Assembly (NCBI GenBank): GCA_024626585.2
Contig: JANKJI020000002.1
Location: 217,137,949 to 217,166,785, forward strand
Length of the DNA stretch: 28,837 nt
DNA from: Ginkgo biloba
Taxonomy: Eukaryota; Plantae; Ginkgophyta
Direction: 5' to 3'
Below the pieces are notes generated by a model. It had not been told where the DNA came from and did no database searches. It was given only the letters and a program-made list of their open reading frames with translations. Of this stretch, positions 1-12,323 are shown in pieces (the first letter of the stretch is position 1; each line of letters starts with the position of its first letter). The position numbers and the translations under genes are program-made.

Positions 1-2179
1 ATGACATAAGGGTTGCAACTTTGAGTTTTTTTAGAATATTTGTATGCATATATGTTATTAAAAACCACTACCAACTACAACAACAAGCTTAGAACAAGTA
101 TGCACTAATTCATATTAGTGATGAACTCCACTATGCAACCATCAATCTAATGGAAACTAGAAGCACATTTCTATGGATTTGATAACATGGCCCTCGAGAA
201 ATGGAATCAAATTACTNNNNNNNNNNNNNNNNNNNNNNNNNNNNNNNNNNNNNNNNNNNNNNNNNNNNNNNNNNNNNNNNNNNNNNNNNNNNNNNNNNNN
301 NNNNNNNNNNNNNNNNNNNNNNCAACTATGGATATCAACTTTTAGTATAAAAATATACTCCAAAAAATTTCCCACTCTTTTTCAAATGCAGCGAGGATAG
401 ATTTGGGTGAATTTAATATGTGTGCAGATGAGAAGCATCAGATGCACAAATAGAGTGAACCAGAAAAGCAAACAAAATTGAATTTACTCCATTATTATTT
501 GGCAGATTTATATCTCTGTCATTGGATTTGCAAGCATGTAGAGCACTAATGATCAAATTGTAATCATAAACCATGAGCATTAAAGTCTAGGGCGTAGCAT
601 TAGTTTAAGCTAATGTGCAAGGCACTTTGCGTAGTATTGGAAGATGATTTTATGATCTTTAAGGGCCATATAGAAATGTAAGATGATCAATTGCGAATGT
701 TTGGGTGAAGAACAGGAATTGAGAAGGTGGAGGTGAAATGGAATTTTTGAAATGGACTTGCATTTAGTCAGTGATGTGCAGCTTAATTTAATCTATTTTA
801 AAGTGCCTCCTATCAACACATTTAAAAAATGCCCACTTGCCATTTATAAATCGGTCTATGGTGGGTAATAGAGGAGAAGCAATGTGTGACATATAAAATC
901 TACTACTTTTTCTCTAAAGCCCAAGCCATTAATGTATTAGGTCTACTTCACACTTGCCTATAGTTGCAGATAAAACAGATTACATTAAACATAATAATTT
1001 TTCTTAAATTACCTTTTGAGGTAGTTTAAGAAACCACAAAAAAAGTGTGTGATTTCATAAACGTTAATCCGACTTAAACTTAATAGTGTCTCCTAACAAA
1101 ATTCAGTGCAAAGAGGATATCAATCCTCTCTTATTTTAATTTAGTATAACTAACAGTCGGAAGTGGCCCTTATTCATCTAATTTCTACTAAATATGATAC
1201 CTATAATTAATCATCTCTATAATAATGGATCTTAATTAGCACTTATANNNNNNNNNNNNNNNNNNNNNNNNNNNNNNNNNNNNNNNNNNNNNNNNNNNNN
1301 NNNNNNNNNNNNNNNNNNNNNNNNNNNNNNNNNNNNNNNNNNNNNNNGTTGTGATACCTAGGTCATTAATTAGGGTCAAAGTGTCATAGGGATGAGTCAT
1401 CCATAAGTTAGTCCCTAGGTGACACGTGTTGGGGGTTACTGGACAAGTGTTGTATCTAGAATCGACAATTATAATTTATAAGTATAAATACAGGTTGAGG
1501 CTATGTACATTACTAATGCAGAGTTAATGAATTGATGGTAGACCAATTCTACCAGAGTTCTAGTGTTTGTGTTCTATTTTGTGAATGTTAGACTAATTCT
1601 AATGTTCATTTCTATATAAATCTCCTAAGGCATTATAATGATCCATATGAAGAAAATATTAACATGAGAATTTAGTAACCCTCATGTGTCCTAAAATTCT
1701 TGTTAGATAAACCAATTTCCTATATGATGATTTTAAAGATATTTCAACATTGAAATTCCTTACTTAAACCATCTTCAAGTAGAATTGGAGCCTTGGAGAA
1801 GGTCATAATGAATGGTTCATTATTGAACTTAAAGACATTTGAGGAACTGAAAATCATTTTCAATAATCGTCTACTTTCCAACATAAAAATCTACACATAT
1901 TCTCCCAATCTTTCCAAACAAAGTGAAAAACTAGAGAACCTTTGACTTTGATTCTTAATGTAGTAAATTTTAGGGGATGTTCAAGAGCAATCCCATTATG
2001 TGATTTAAGACTGAGGGGAAGATCTTGAAACACCCTATGTTATATAAAGTCATTCCATACACCCTAACCTCAAATGTCTCACACACACCTTTTATAAGCT
2101 AGAGTAAGTCCTTGTGCCTTAAATTAGTAATTCCCAAGCCTCCCTCATCTTTGTGAATGCAACATACTAACCATTTGAC

Positions 2180-2586
2180 TTTAGGAAGTGCTTTGAATTC
2201 TTAGCACACCTAAAGATTTTTTATTTTGTTTGATATGTGAGATCCATATATCCAAAAATAATGTATACTTACCCTTAGAACATATAATCCATGACTTAGA
2301 CAAGAAGGATAATATGTTAAATTATCAAATTATGAGTTTTATAAGGATGCAATAAAGTACTTGGTACATTTATCATATGCTAAGCGAATTATAGTAGATC
2401 CCAAGAAGATCAAATTGGTAAGAGAATTAAAGACACCTATCAATGAAGTCCTACGATTTGCTAGCTTTTATCAAATCACTATATTGAATTTCTCCAAGCT
2501 AACTAGCAAAATTATTGAAAAAGTCAAGAAGATTCAGATGGACAAATCAAGGCCAAGCAAGCTTTGACATTCTCAAGCAAAAGTTA
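2180..2586 (+). mobile_element. Decayed Ty3/gypsy pol fragment (RT C-terminus and connection domain)
   Basis: Frameshifted translation LRQEG*YVKLSNYEFYKDAIKYLVH...IIVDPKKIKLVRELKTPINEVLRFASFYQITILNFSKLTSKI...RFRWTNQGQASFDILKQKL. It matches the gypsy consensus LY.KLSKCEF...FLGH...VDP.KI...P....EVRSFLGLASFYRRFI.NFS.....F.W....Q.SF..LK.KL. Confidence 0.85.
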
Positions 2587-3537
2587 NNNNNNNNNNNNNN
2601 NNNNNNNNNNNNNNNNNNNNNNNNNNNNNNNNNNNNNNNNNNNNNNNNNNNNNNNNNNNNNNNNNNNNNNNNNNNNNNNNNNNNNNNNNNNNNNNNNNNN
2701 NNNNNNNNNNNNNNNNNNNNNNNNNNNNNNNNNNNNNNNNNNNNNNNNNNNNNNNNNNNNNNNNNNNNNNNNNNNNNNNNNNNNNNNNNNNNNNNNNNNN
2801 NNNNNNNNNNNNNNNNNNNNNNNNNNNNNNNNNNNNNNNNNNNNNNNNNNNNNNNNNNNNNNNNNNNNNNNNNNNNNATGATGGGACCTTGGAAAATATT
2901 TTTCTTAGCGCCGGGTCTAATTACATCTTCCGGGACCAGATAGAACTTTTGACTTGTTCTTCCCTTAGCAATTAGTGGACCTTCACAATAGGACATTATA
3001 GTTAGATGGAGACAAGAGCAAAACTTATTTGTATTACGAGCTTACAAGATGGCTTCAGAATTAGATGAGAATCACCACAAGTGAGATCTATTGCAAGGCC
3101 TCAATAAAGACAAAAGGATCCCTTCTAAAGAGGTTGAATCCTTGTGACTAACATATTATATGAGGAAATATCTTAACTTTCATCCCTTAGGAAAGAATGA
3201 TTTTATTAATATAAGTGACTAATGAGGATAGGTGTGTATATTTTGATTTTGGGCATCAACATGGGAATTTTCAAGACTGTTGCTTAGTATCTAATTATGG
3301 ATGTGGAGCCTACATGGGTATTAGGTACACTAATGAATTTTGGTCAATTATTCTATATTTTCATAGTGGGAAAAATTCTAACTTTGTTCTTTGAGGACCC
3401 TCTTTACAATACAATGATATAATTTCTTTTTTTGTAATACAAAAGTATTATTTAAAAAAAAAGTAAAAAACATAAAGTTAAATCAGATTAAAAGTATATC
3501 TTCATTCTAAATTTTTTGTTATTTACAATGATCAAGC

Positions 3538-3615
3538 TACAAATAAATTTTATTCTTTAAGTTACATATAAATTTTATCCTTTAAGTTAGAAATAAATTT
3601 TATCCTACAAATAAA
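3538..3615. repeat. Short tandem repeat, ~25-bp unit, about 3 copies
   Basis: tacaaataaattttattctttaag / ttacatataaattttatcctttaag / ttagaaataaattttatcc / tacaaataaat. Confidence 0.7.
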
Positions 3616-3659
3616 TGAATCGTGACCAACATTGGTTAGATTAGGGTAGAGTTTCTTTC

Positions 3660-4783
3660 ATTTTGGTGTGAAGAGAACATATTATTTTCACGTGCATGGC
3701 ATATCATTTTTTTTATGTAATTAATTTTTGTACATCATAAACATAAATAAATACAATCTTTCGTGGATAATATATATGACATGCTTCTGTTGTGTGTGTG
3801 TGTGCCCATTACGAGTGGCACATATGCATTTTTTTTTCTTTATTTCTCTAAATATTAAATAACACATTTCATATGGAAGATATTTCGTGTTGCTATTATA
3901 TTTTTGCATATGTATGTCCATTGAATTATTATTGCAATCTTTTGTGGACAATACATATGACATGCTTATGTTGTATGTGTATGTTTATATGCCCATCACA
4001 GTAATTGCACAAAATATTCGTTATATTATTTTGAACATTATAAGGCACATTTCATATTATGTGCTGCCTTTTTTATGTATGTTAAATTAGATTTAAATTT
4101 TATCTCATTTATTTGTNNNNNNNNNNNNNNNNNNNNNNNNNNNNNNNNNNNNNNNNNNNNNNNNNNNNNNNNNNNNNNNNNNNNNNNNNNNNNNNNNNNN
4201 NNNNNNNNNNNNNNNNAGTTTATTGCATTTTGGTGTGAAGACCATATATTATTTGTATGTGCACGACATATCATTTTATTCTTATGTTCTTAATGTGTGT
4301 ACATCGTAGATATAAAGTAACTGCAATCTTTCATGGACAATGCATATGACATGCTTTTGTTGTATGTTCATATATATATGCCCATTACAATGGAAATAAA
4401 TACATTTTTTGTTCTTTATTTCTTTGAATATTGAATAACACATTTCATACTATGTGCTTTTTTAATATTTATTGTGTATTTTCCATTGCACAAGAAAAGC
4501 TAAAGTCCATCTATATTACTATTGTTGTAAAATTTTCTTATTGTAGATATTACATGGTGCTATTATATTTTTGTATATATATGTCCATTGAATTATTATT
4601 TCAATCTTTTGTGGACAATAATATGACATGATTATGTTGTATGTGTATGTAAATATGTCCATTGCATTAATTGCACATATTATTAGTTTTATATTTTTTT
4701 AACACTGTATGGCACATTTCATATTATGTGCTTCCTTTTTTATGTAAGCTAAATTAGATTTAAAGTATATCTCATTTATTTGT
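3660..4783 (+). repeat. Diverged direct repeat: two units (~3660-4116 and ~4228-4783), each with an internal duplicated sub-block
   Basis: Both units start tttggtgtgaag...attatt...gtgca...catatcatttt and end ggcacatttcatattatgtgct.ccttttttatgta.g.taaattagatttaaa.t.tatctcatttatttgt. The block caatcttt.gtgga.aat..atatgacatg.tt.tgttgt occurs twice per unit. Confidence 0.85.
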
Positions 4784-5509
4784 AGGATGGTTGAGAAGAG
4801 TATAGGAGAGTGAGGATCGATTGGAGGAGGCATCATAGGGAAAGACTTCCACGATGTGTGGGTTGTTGCCATTGCTACAATTGAGGAAAAATATGTCCTA
4901 ATCATTCTAGCGAATAAAAGTTTTATCATTGGCTTTATGTTTCATGTTTTTATATGAGCATCATTTTTACATAGCCTCTAAGCTTTAAAGTCATTGTAAA
5001 AAATTCATAATAAATTAGCAATACAAATTATTTAAAAGAGTAAAAAATATAATATGGAATGATTTGCAATTTATATTTCATTTCTAATTATAAAGTAATG
5101 ATTTGTAATTAAAAATATAAATTAATTTCAATTTACACTTAGAAATGAAATATTTCATTTCTAATTATAAAGAAATGATTTGTGATTATAACTATTTTTA
5201 ACTGTAATATTTACTTTATTGAAAGTATAATAGTGAAATTATTGCATATCATTATGCAATGCATATTTCTAAATGCATGTGTAAATCAATATGCATACCC
5301 AAGCACACTTTAATGCCATTTGTAATTTAAATTTCATAATTTTACCACTCTCCAAGAATCAAGTGCAAATCGACATATTAACAAATATTAAGGAATGAAT
5401 TATACTAGAATATTCCATGTTTCGTGTTGCAAGTTATGCTTAAATATTTTACAAAGTGATCTTAGGCATGCATAAAAAATTAAATACATAATATGTATTA
5501 TTTAAAATG

Positions 5510-6041
5510 AATAAAGAAGCACATAATATGAAATGTACATAAAAAAAGAAGCACACAATATGAAACCTACATAAAAAAAGAAAGCACATAATATGAAATG
5601 TGTTATACAATGTTAAAAAAAATAAAACTAAAAATCATGTCATACTTATTGTCCAAAAAAAATTGCAATAATAATTCAATAGACATATAAATACAAAAAT
5701 ATAATAACAACATGTAATATCTTCTATATAAAATGTGCTATTCACTATTCAAAAAAATAAAGAACAAATAATATATATATACCCATCTTAATGGACATAT
5801 AGACATAAACATAAAACAAATAATGTATATGTACCCATCTATACGACTAACACTTAATCACACATAACACCATGCAATTGGTCAAAATCCCCTCATACAT
5901 TATTCATAGTGCGATTTGCACCATGCAACTATTTATTGCATGGTGCCATGTGTGGTAAAGTGTTGACCACATATATTACTCTTGGGGACTCATTGACACT
6001 ACTTCAAAATAAAATGATATGCAATGCACATGTAAAATAAT
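5510..6041 (-). repeat. Inverted copy of the 3660-4783 repeat unit, with a ~30-bp x3 tandem at 5510-5600
   Basis: 5568-5720 (tacataaaaaaagaaagcacataatatgaaatgtg...tgcaataataattcaatagacatata...catgtaatatc) is the reverse complement of ~4546-4746. 6011-6041 is the reverse complement of 3681-3710. Confidence 0.8.
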
Positions 6042-8794
6042 TACATAGATAGGCGCTCTCCACTGAGCTCCTTCAGNNNNNNNNNNNNNNNNNNNNNNNN
6101 NNNNNNNNNNNNNNNNNNNNNNNNNNNNNNNNNNNNNNNNNNNNNNNNNNNNNNNNNNNNNNNNNNNNNNNNNNNNTGACTTGTATTAGAGAACCACTAG
6201 ATATAATTTTTCTATACCAAGTTTTTCTATCATTGTTGAATAACCATTATTATAGTAGTCTTATTTATTAATTACCCATCATGTGTAAGAAGAAAATACA
6301 TTATCATTATGAAAAAACATAATATCATGTGGAAATTAGAAAAATACTTATACTATTTAAAGAAGTATCATTCAATAACTATAGACATCTAACTTAATAG
6401 TCATTATAATATTGGGATATATATATGTTTATAAGGAAGGAATAAGAAGGGAAATATTAGGAGGAATGAATAATAAGGAGGAAAATCAAGTTGGGTTGAA
6501 ACCATTTATATAAACACCAATGTTGATGCTATTAGAACTAAACTACAATATTCATAATATACCATACATGAAAAATTGCTCATGATTCAACAACCACTCT
6601 TTTAACCAAATTTCTTTAAATATTTCATAATTCAATTTATAAGGGGATTCATTATCATACAAAATGGAATCCCCCCTTATCACATTTTCCCAACTGCCAT
6701 AATAATCTAGCCAATATATAGTTTTCATAAAAAAATGTAGTTTCGATAAGTAATTAATTACTATTAGAATATAATAAAGTTGCATAGTGGAGGGGGTAGG
6801 AAAAATAGAGATACCTCTTTTTTTATTTCACTTCACCACTCTAAAACTACATTCCAAGGTTGGAAACATATTTAACCATTTTTGGGATATTTCTAATCCA
6901 ATTTGAGTACATCAAATGAATGTTTTCCATATAAATAAATTCTTCAAATACGTGATTAAGGATATCAAATGATTTAGATTTGATATTATATTGATCTAAT
7001 AATTAAGGATTTTATGTACATGAGTGTTAGACATATATGATTGTTGATNNNNNNNNNNNNNNNNNNNNNNTTTTCTCTTCTAAATGTACATATTATTTGA
7101 AAACTAATTAAAAAAAATTATATTTTAAGCAATAATTGAGGTTTCCATATAGATTAACCCACTATACATATATGATCATCGATCCAAATAATAAATTTTA
7201 TCCTTTCCCTATAACATAACTGAGGGTTTTATGATTTATTGATTTTTGTTGAAATTTATTTTTATACCCCTCCATGAATATTTTCCAATTAGTGTTCTCN
7301 NNNNNNNNNNNNNNNNNNNNNNNNNNNNNNNNNNNNNNNNNNNNNNNNNNNNNNNNNNNNNNNNNNNNNNNNNNNNNNNNNNNNNNNNNNNNNNNNNNNN
7401 NNNNNNNNNNNNNNNNNNNNNNNNNNNNNNNNNNNNNNNNNNNNNNNNNNNNNNNNNNNNNNNNNNNNNNNNNNNNNNNNNNNNNNNNNNNNNNNNNNNN
7501 NNNNNNNNNNNNNNNNNNNNNNNNNNNNNNNNNNNNNNNNNNNNNNNNNNNNNNNNNNNNNNNNNNNNNNNNNNNNNNNNNNNNNNNNNNNNNNNNNNNN
7601 NNNNNNNNNNNNNNNNNNNNNNNNNNNNNNNNNNNNNNNNNNNNNNNNNNNNNNNNNNNNNNNNNNNNNNNNNNNNNNNNNNNNNNNNNNNNNNNNNNNN
7701 NNNNNNNNNNNNNNNNNNNNNNNNNNNNNNNNNNNNNNNNNNNNNNNNCATTAGGATGAAATAGGCCACATAAGACCGGATAATTAAATCAAACTACATT
7801 AGTCTAGAACATGCTAATTAAGCTAAATTGAACTAGTTGAAGTTGAGAACATGTAGGATTGCATTGCATTAGAACATACCTATTGATACTTATTTTAGGA
7901 ATCGATGATGAAGAATGATTATGATTGTATTACCGTAAGGATATATAACAAAAGTGGTAATAGAAAGGAAGATGAAATTCCTATGCCATGATGGGGAAAC
8001 TCCCTTATTGAAAGAAACATAAATTTATACTGAGTGAGGTGGTATTCACAATGAGTATATTCATAACATATACAACATTTTGAAATTTCTTTTTATTTTT
8101 ATTTTATGGGGTAGATGAAGAGTAATATGAAATGAAAAATACAATAAAATATGGAATGAATGAATCTTATATCAGAATATAAGGGGATTTGTTATCAATA
8201 TTTAAATATTAATAATGTAGAAGAGTTTAAACAAATATAAAAATGGAAAATACTTAATGAATAACAAGAATACTTCAATCCTAAACACCCTCTTAAGATA
8301 TTTCACAATGGTATGAAGTGAAACCCTTCAGGTGATTTTAACTCTAGGGGGTAATAAGATATATTATTCAATCATTACAATAACTATAACGCTTGACTAC
8401 TCTGNNNNNNNNNNNNNNNNNNNNNNNNNNNNNNNNNNNNNNNNNNNNNNNNNNNNNNNNNNNNNNNNNNNNNNNNNNNNNNNNNNNNNNNNNNNNNNNN
8501 NNNNNNNNNNTTTTTTTAAGAAACACAATATCGAAACGCCTAAAATATGATACTTGAAATATTTACTCCTATCAAATACAATGAAAAAATGACCCCAGTT
8601 AATAGATCAATTCTTTACAATCTCTGGCTCTTGACACAAATACATGATAACAAAAAAAAAGAGGAAACAATAATCATGCATGAAATAGTTCTCACATATT
8701 TATAGAATTTATTGTCATCACATACTACTAGGGCTTAATATACAAATACAACACAATTGCACTTCAAAGAATTCTAAATTTTTGTTAAGTACAC

Positions 8795-10016
8795 ATGGGG
8801 CGTGACCATGTCCTACTATCACATCCATTGTCTATCTTTTCTCAATTGTCACAACTTAACGACAGCATGATCTTGCGACAACAGTCACATAATCTCGCAC
8901 CAACGCAAAGAAGGGGCACATGTCACACCTATTTAACACTTCAAGAGAACCGACATTTGTTTGTGAAGCACACCAATATGCGATACATGGATCGCATCAA
9001 TTTTCCTAAGGGAATATGGCACATATCTCAAGGTTTAAATCTAGGCCAACCTATAAGGGTTGGATTTTCGAATAACTTTGCACACCATCGTGGCAAAGTT
9101 CCTTTGTGTGAAGATGGTCTCATTTATCAAGTCAATGCAATTACTCACGCACTTAATAAACTTGCGCATTTATCATTTGAAATGACAAGGTTTTAAAACT
9201 GACGGCTAGAGGCGTACTTGACACGTCTTCTCATTAATGCTCCCATGCTCGTAGCCACCTTCCCCAATGCAGAATGCGCGACGTGGTAGCAATTTGCGCA
9301 TGCAACACGTATGAGCCATACCATCTAAATGCTTTCCACAGATTGCATATCACCTATCAACATGACACGCGAAACGATAGCCCAACTAGAAGATTGTTCA
9401 TCATTAACACACCCATCTTGGCGAAAAGCACAAAGGCTATATAAAGTCCCTACGCGCGAGCAATTTCATAGTACCCTGGTAAAAGCAAAGCCTTGTTCGT
9501 CCCTTCAAAACGCTAACTATGTTCATTGACCAAGTGATTCCAAGCAAACCCCTTGGCTATGGAGATCCCTTCAAAGCTTAACGTTGATGATGCCATACCC
9601 TGCAATTTTGATAAGTATTCTTGGGTCACTTATAGCATTACATGTGAGCATCACCTTACTCCAACACAAGCAACCTTGCAGAGAGTGATCGCCAATACAA
9701 GATTCTCTTAGTCCCTAGGCAAGTGCACCACACTAATCTAGTGAAGGATATTATTAATGTTATGGAGTCCGAGGGCTTTTGTATTGATCACAAGTTTGTT
9801 AGATTTGACACAGATCTAGTCAAACGACTGTTTGAGTTCACCAATGTTGGCGACCCAATCAATTTGGACCAAGAACAACAATGGTTTGAAAAGAACAAGA
9901 ATGATATGGCCCTCAATGTCATGATCAAGGCATTGACTATAGTCAGTATAAATTCTTTGGTTAAGGTAGACTTGGCCACGGTCACTGATGGACCCTATAA
10001 GGAACTTGATTTAGGC
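8795..10016 (+). pseudogene. Long decayed reading frame of unknown function (~400 codons, runs into a gap)
   Basis: ORFs 8795-9196 and 9329-9529 share a frame, which has only 5 internal stops over 8795-9685. A second frame is open from 9648 to the gap at 10017. GC and CpG content are higher than in the flanks. Confidence 0.55.
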
Positions 10017-10139
10017 ANNNNNNNNNNNNNNNNNNNNNNNNNNNNNNNNNNNNNNNNNNNNNNNNNNNNNNNNNNNNNNNNNNNNNNNNNNNNNNNNNNN
10101 NNNNNNNNNNNNNNNNNATATGAATACTAAAAATTTCTC

Positions 10140-10899
10140 ATTTAATTCTTTTGGTTTCTTTAAACTTGTCATCTATAAACATCTCTACTTATTGTGTAAG
10201 AATTTTTTGGTCTAATATGCAAGTAATCAAAGTAGTATTATCTAATTCTTTCGTATCATCCAACAAATGAAGAGCCTTATAATATTTGGACATGCACTAA
10301 ATCCATGTAGTTATTTTTTGAGATAGTTTAATGACCATCCAAAGTATTGATATCTTGTTCTTTAGTGTTTATTTCTTCAATAAATATGATAATTCATCCA
10401 ATCTTGTTTTCATATTTGAAATTTGTCCTAGGCTATAATGATATTGGTATTTGTTCAAAAGGAAATAATCCTCAACCTCCATTACTTCTTCCAATTCAAA
10501 ATTAGTATCACTATATTTCTTTCTCATGAGATAGTTCCATTTGATTATTTGATTATTTAAGAACGATTTAACTTCATCCTGGGCCTTGAGTTTCTAAAGC
10601 TACGCTTCTTACAAATTTAAAAAACTGATGGATAAGATCACATGCTCATAAAAAAACTTCTTCCCTTTTATACTCCACATTTTGATTAATTTTGGTGAGG
10701 GATTTATGGTATACCCCTATAATATTTAATTTCTTACATAATGCACTTTCATCTGATTATACCACATAAATGGATGGTTCCATGACAATTGGAGGGGTTA
10801 AGGCCATTTCAAATGTTTTATCTTTATTTTCTAGGGATATATTGCTTTACATAATTTGGAATTCTCGCTTGATCAACTATGCACTTTTATTTTTAAGGA
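10140..10899 (-). mobile_element. Possible highly decayed L1 LINE ORF2 segment (between endonuclease and RT)
   Basis: Faint F.FE.MW...P / EE..W...D.NT-like pattern on the minus strand, with many stops and frameshifts. Confidence 0.25.
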
Positions 10900-11644
10900 N
10901 NNNNNNNNNNNNNNNNNNNNNNNNNNNNNNNNNNNNNNNNNNNNNNNNNNNNNNNNNNNNNNNNNNNNNNNNNNNNNNNAATAAAAAATATACTATAGTG
11001 ATAGTAGTCTCAAACTTTAAATCCTGAGGATTGGCTACTATAAGTTGAACAAAATTATTTCCTACATCAAAATAGAAGGTATCATGCTACCTACTAAGAC
11101 ATTATGGTGGGTGTGTATGCATTACAACTATAGTGAATTATTGATTTAGAAGTTCTATGAACTAAATATTTGGAGTAGGCTCTTCTTCATGAATTTCTNN
11201 NNNNNNNNNNNNNNNNNNNNNNNNNNNNNNNNNNNNNNNNNNNNNNNNNNNNNNNNNNNNNNNNNNNNNCATTAGAGGGATTATTATTTGTGGTCAAATC
11301 TTATAAACTATGAATTTTAGATCTTGTCATTGAAAGCATAAATTCAATTAACGACTAAGTTTCCTCTTTCTTTTAAATTTTTTATTTTGTAATAGTTTTT
11401 AAAGTGTTATATGTTTGAGAGTTTAATGTTGTATTAATGAGAAATTAATTCTCTCAAATTGTTAGATTTATGAGAGTTTAATTTTTTAGTTATGAGCAAA
11501 TAAATTCTCTTAATTAGTTAGCCAAACTGTCTCTTTTTGGTAAANNNNNNNNNNNNNNNNNNNNNNNNNNNNNNNNNNNNNNNNNNNNNNNNNNNNNNNN
11601 NNNNNNNNNNNNNNNNNNNNNNNNNNNNNNNNNNNNNNNNNNNN

Positions 11645-12323
11645 CTATGGTATTTATATAGCCTAAATCAATCCTAAAATCCATAACATATTCAACTCTA
11701 TTTTTTTCCCTTTTATTGAGAGAAATATATTGAACAAGGTTCTAAAGCTAGTATTTTAGGTGTCTAAAGTATCTTTAATCTCAACAACTAGAATAGTTCT
11801 AGAGATTCTCAATTGTATTAAGGTCCTACTTGTATTATTATTAAAATTATTGGGGAAGAAATGATACTTATCTCTTGGAGTAAAAAATGGATCTACAAGA
11901 AATATAATAATGGGTACTCTTATCCTGATATTATCTTAAAATATTATGGGCACCATGGTAACTTGAATAGTTATTTAATCATCTATAAGAGAGTAGTATG
12001 GTGCTTATACTTTTTTTCAGACTATATAATATTAAATAATAGATTCAATATCACTTGAGTATTCCTTGGTGATATGAGAGATATAATAAGCTTCCTTATA
12101 AATTTATTTCTACAGTAAGTGGGTAATCAACAAGGATTTTTAACCATTAACATCATACCCTTAAGGAAATATATTTAAATCTCCCTTATATATGTAGGAG
12201 TGGTGCTCTATTTAATATTTATGTGTCAATAATCTATTAAAGGAATGTTATCAATTTTGGCATTAATGGTATGCCCCATTACTCAAATTCATGGAATGTA
12301 AAGAGATGGGTGAATTCCTTTAT
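11645..12323 (+). mobile_element. Probable decayed L1 LINE reverse transcriptase remnant
   Basis: Remnants in the expected order resemble NSTFI.LIP, RPISL(C)N..YKII.K and N..QGF...LR.G..(L)SPY (aatcaacaaggattttta...aatctcccttat). Heavily mutated. Confidence 0.35.

Noticed and set aside
1348-2110. Possible LTR and LINE remnants
   Set aside because: Too decayed; no motif I could support with confidence.
3721-4929. Short hydrophobic or Cys/Tyr-rich ORFs
   Set aside because: Chance frames in an AT-rich repeat, not conserved between repeat copies.
5510-5600. CRISPR-like ~30-bp repeats
   Set aside because: Head-to-tail with no unique spacers, eukaryotic context, no cas genes.
7236-7769. Long ORFs here and at 157-400, 2547-2996, 14205-14643 and similar sites
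   Set aside because: Mostly X residues from N-runs; artefacts.
8735-9560. Divergent gene pair (minus-strand ORF 9319-8735 with a TATA box at ~9438), a geminivirus-like layout
   Set aside because: The minus frame has about 12 stops in 195 codons, roughly the chance level. The TATA lies within the long plus frame (RLYKV), and I saw no TAATATTAC stem-loop.
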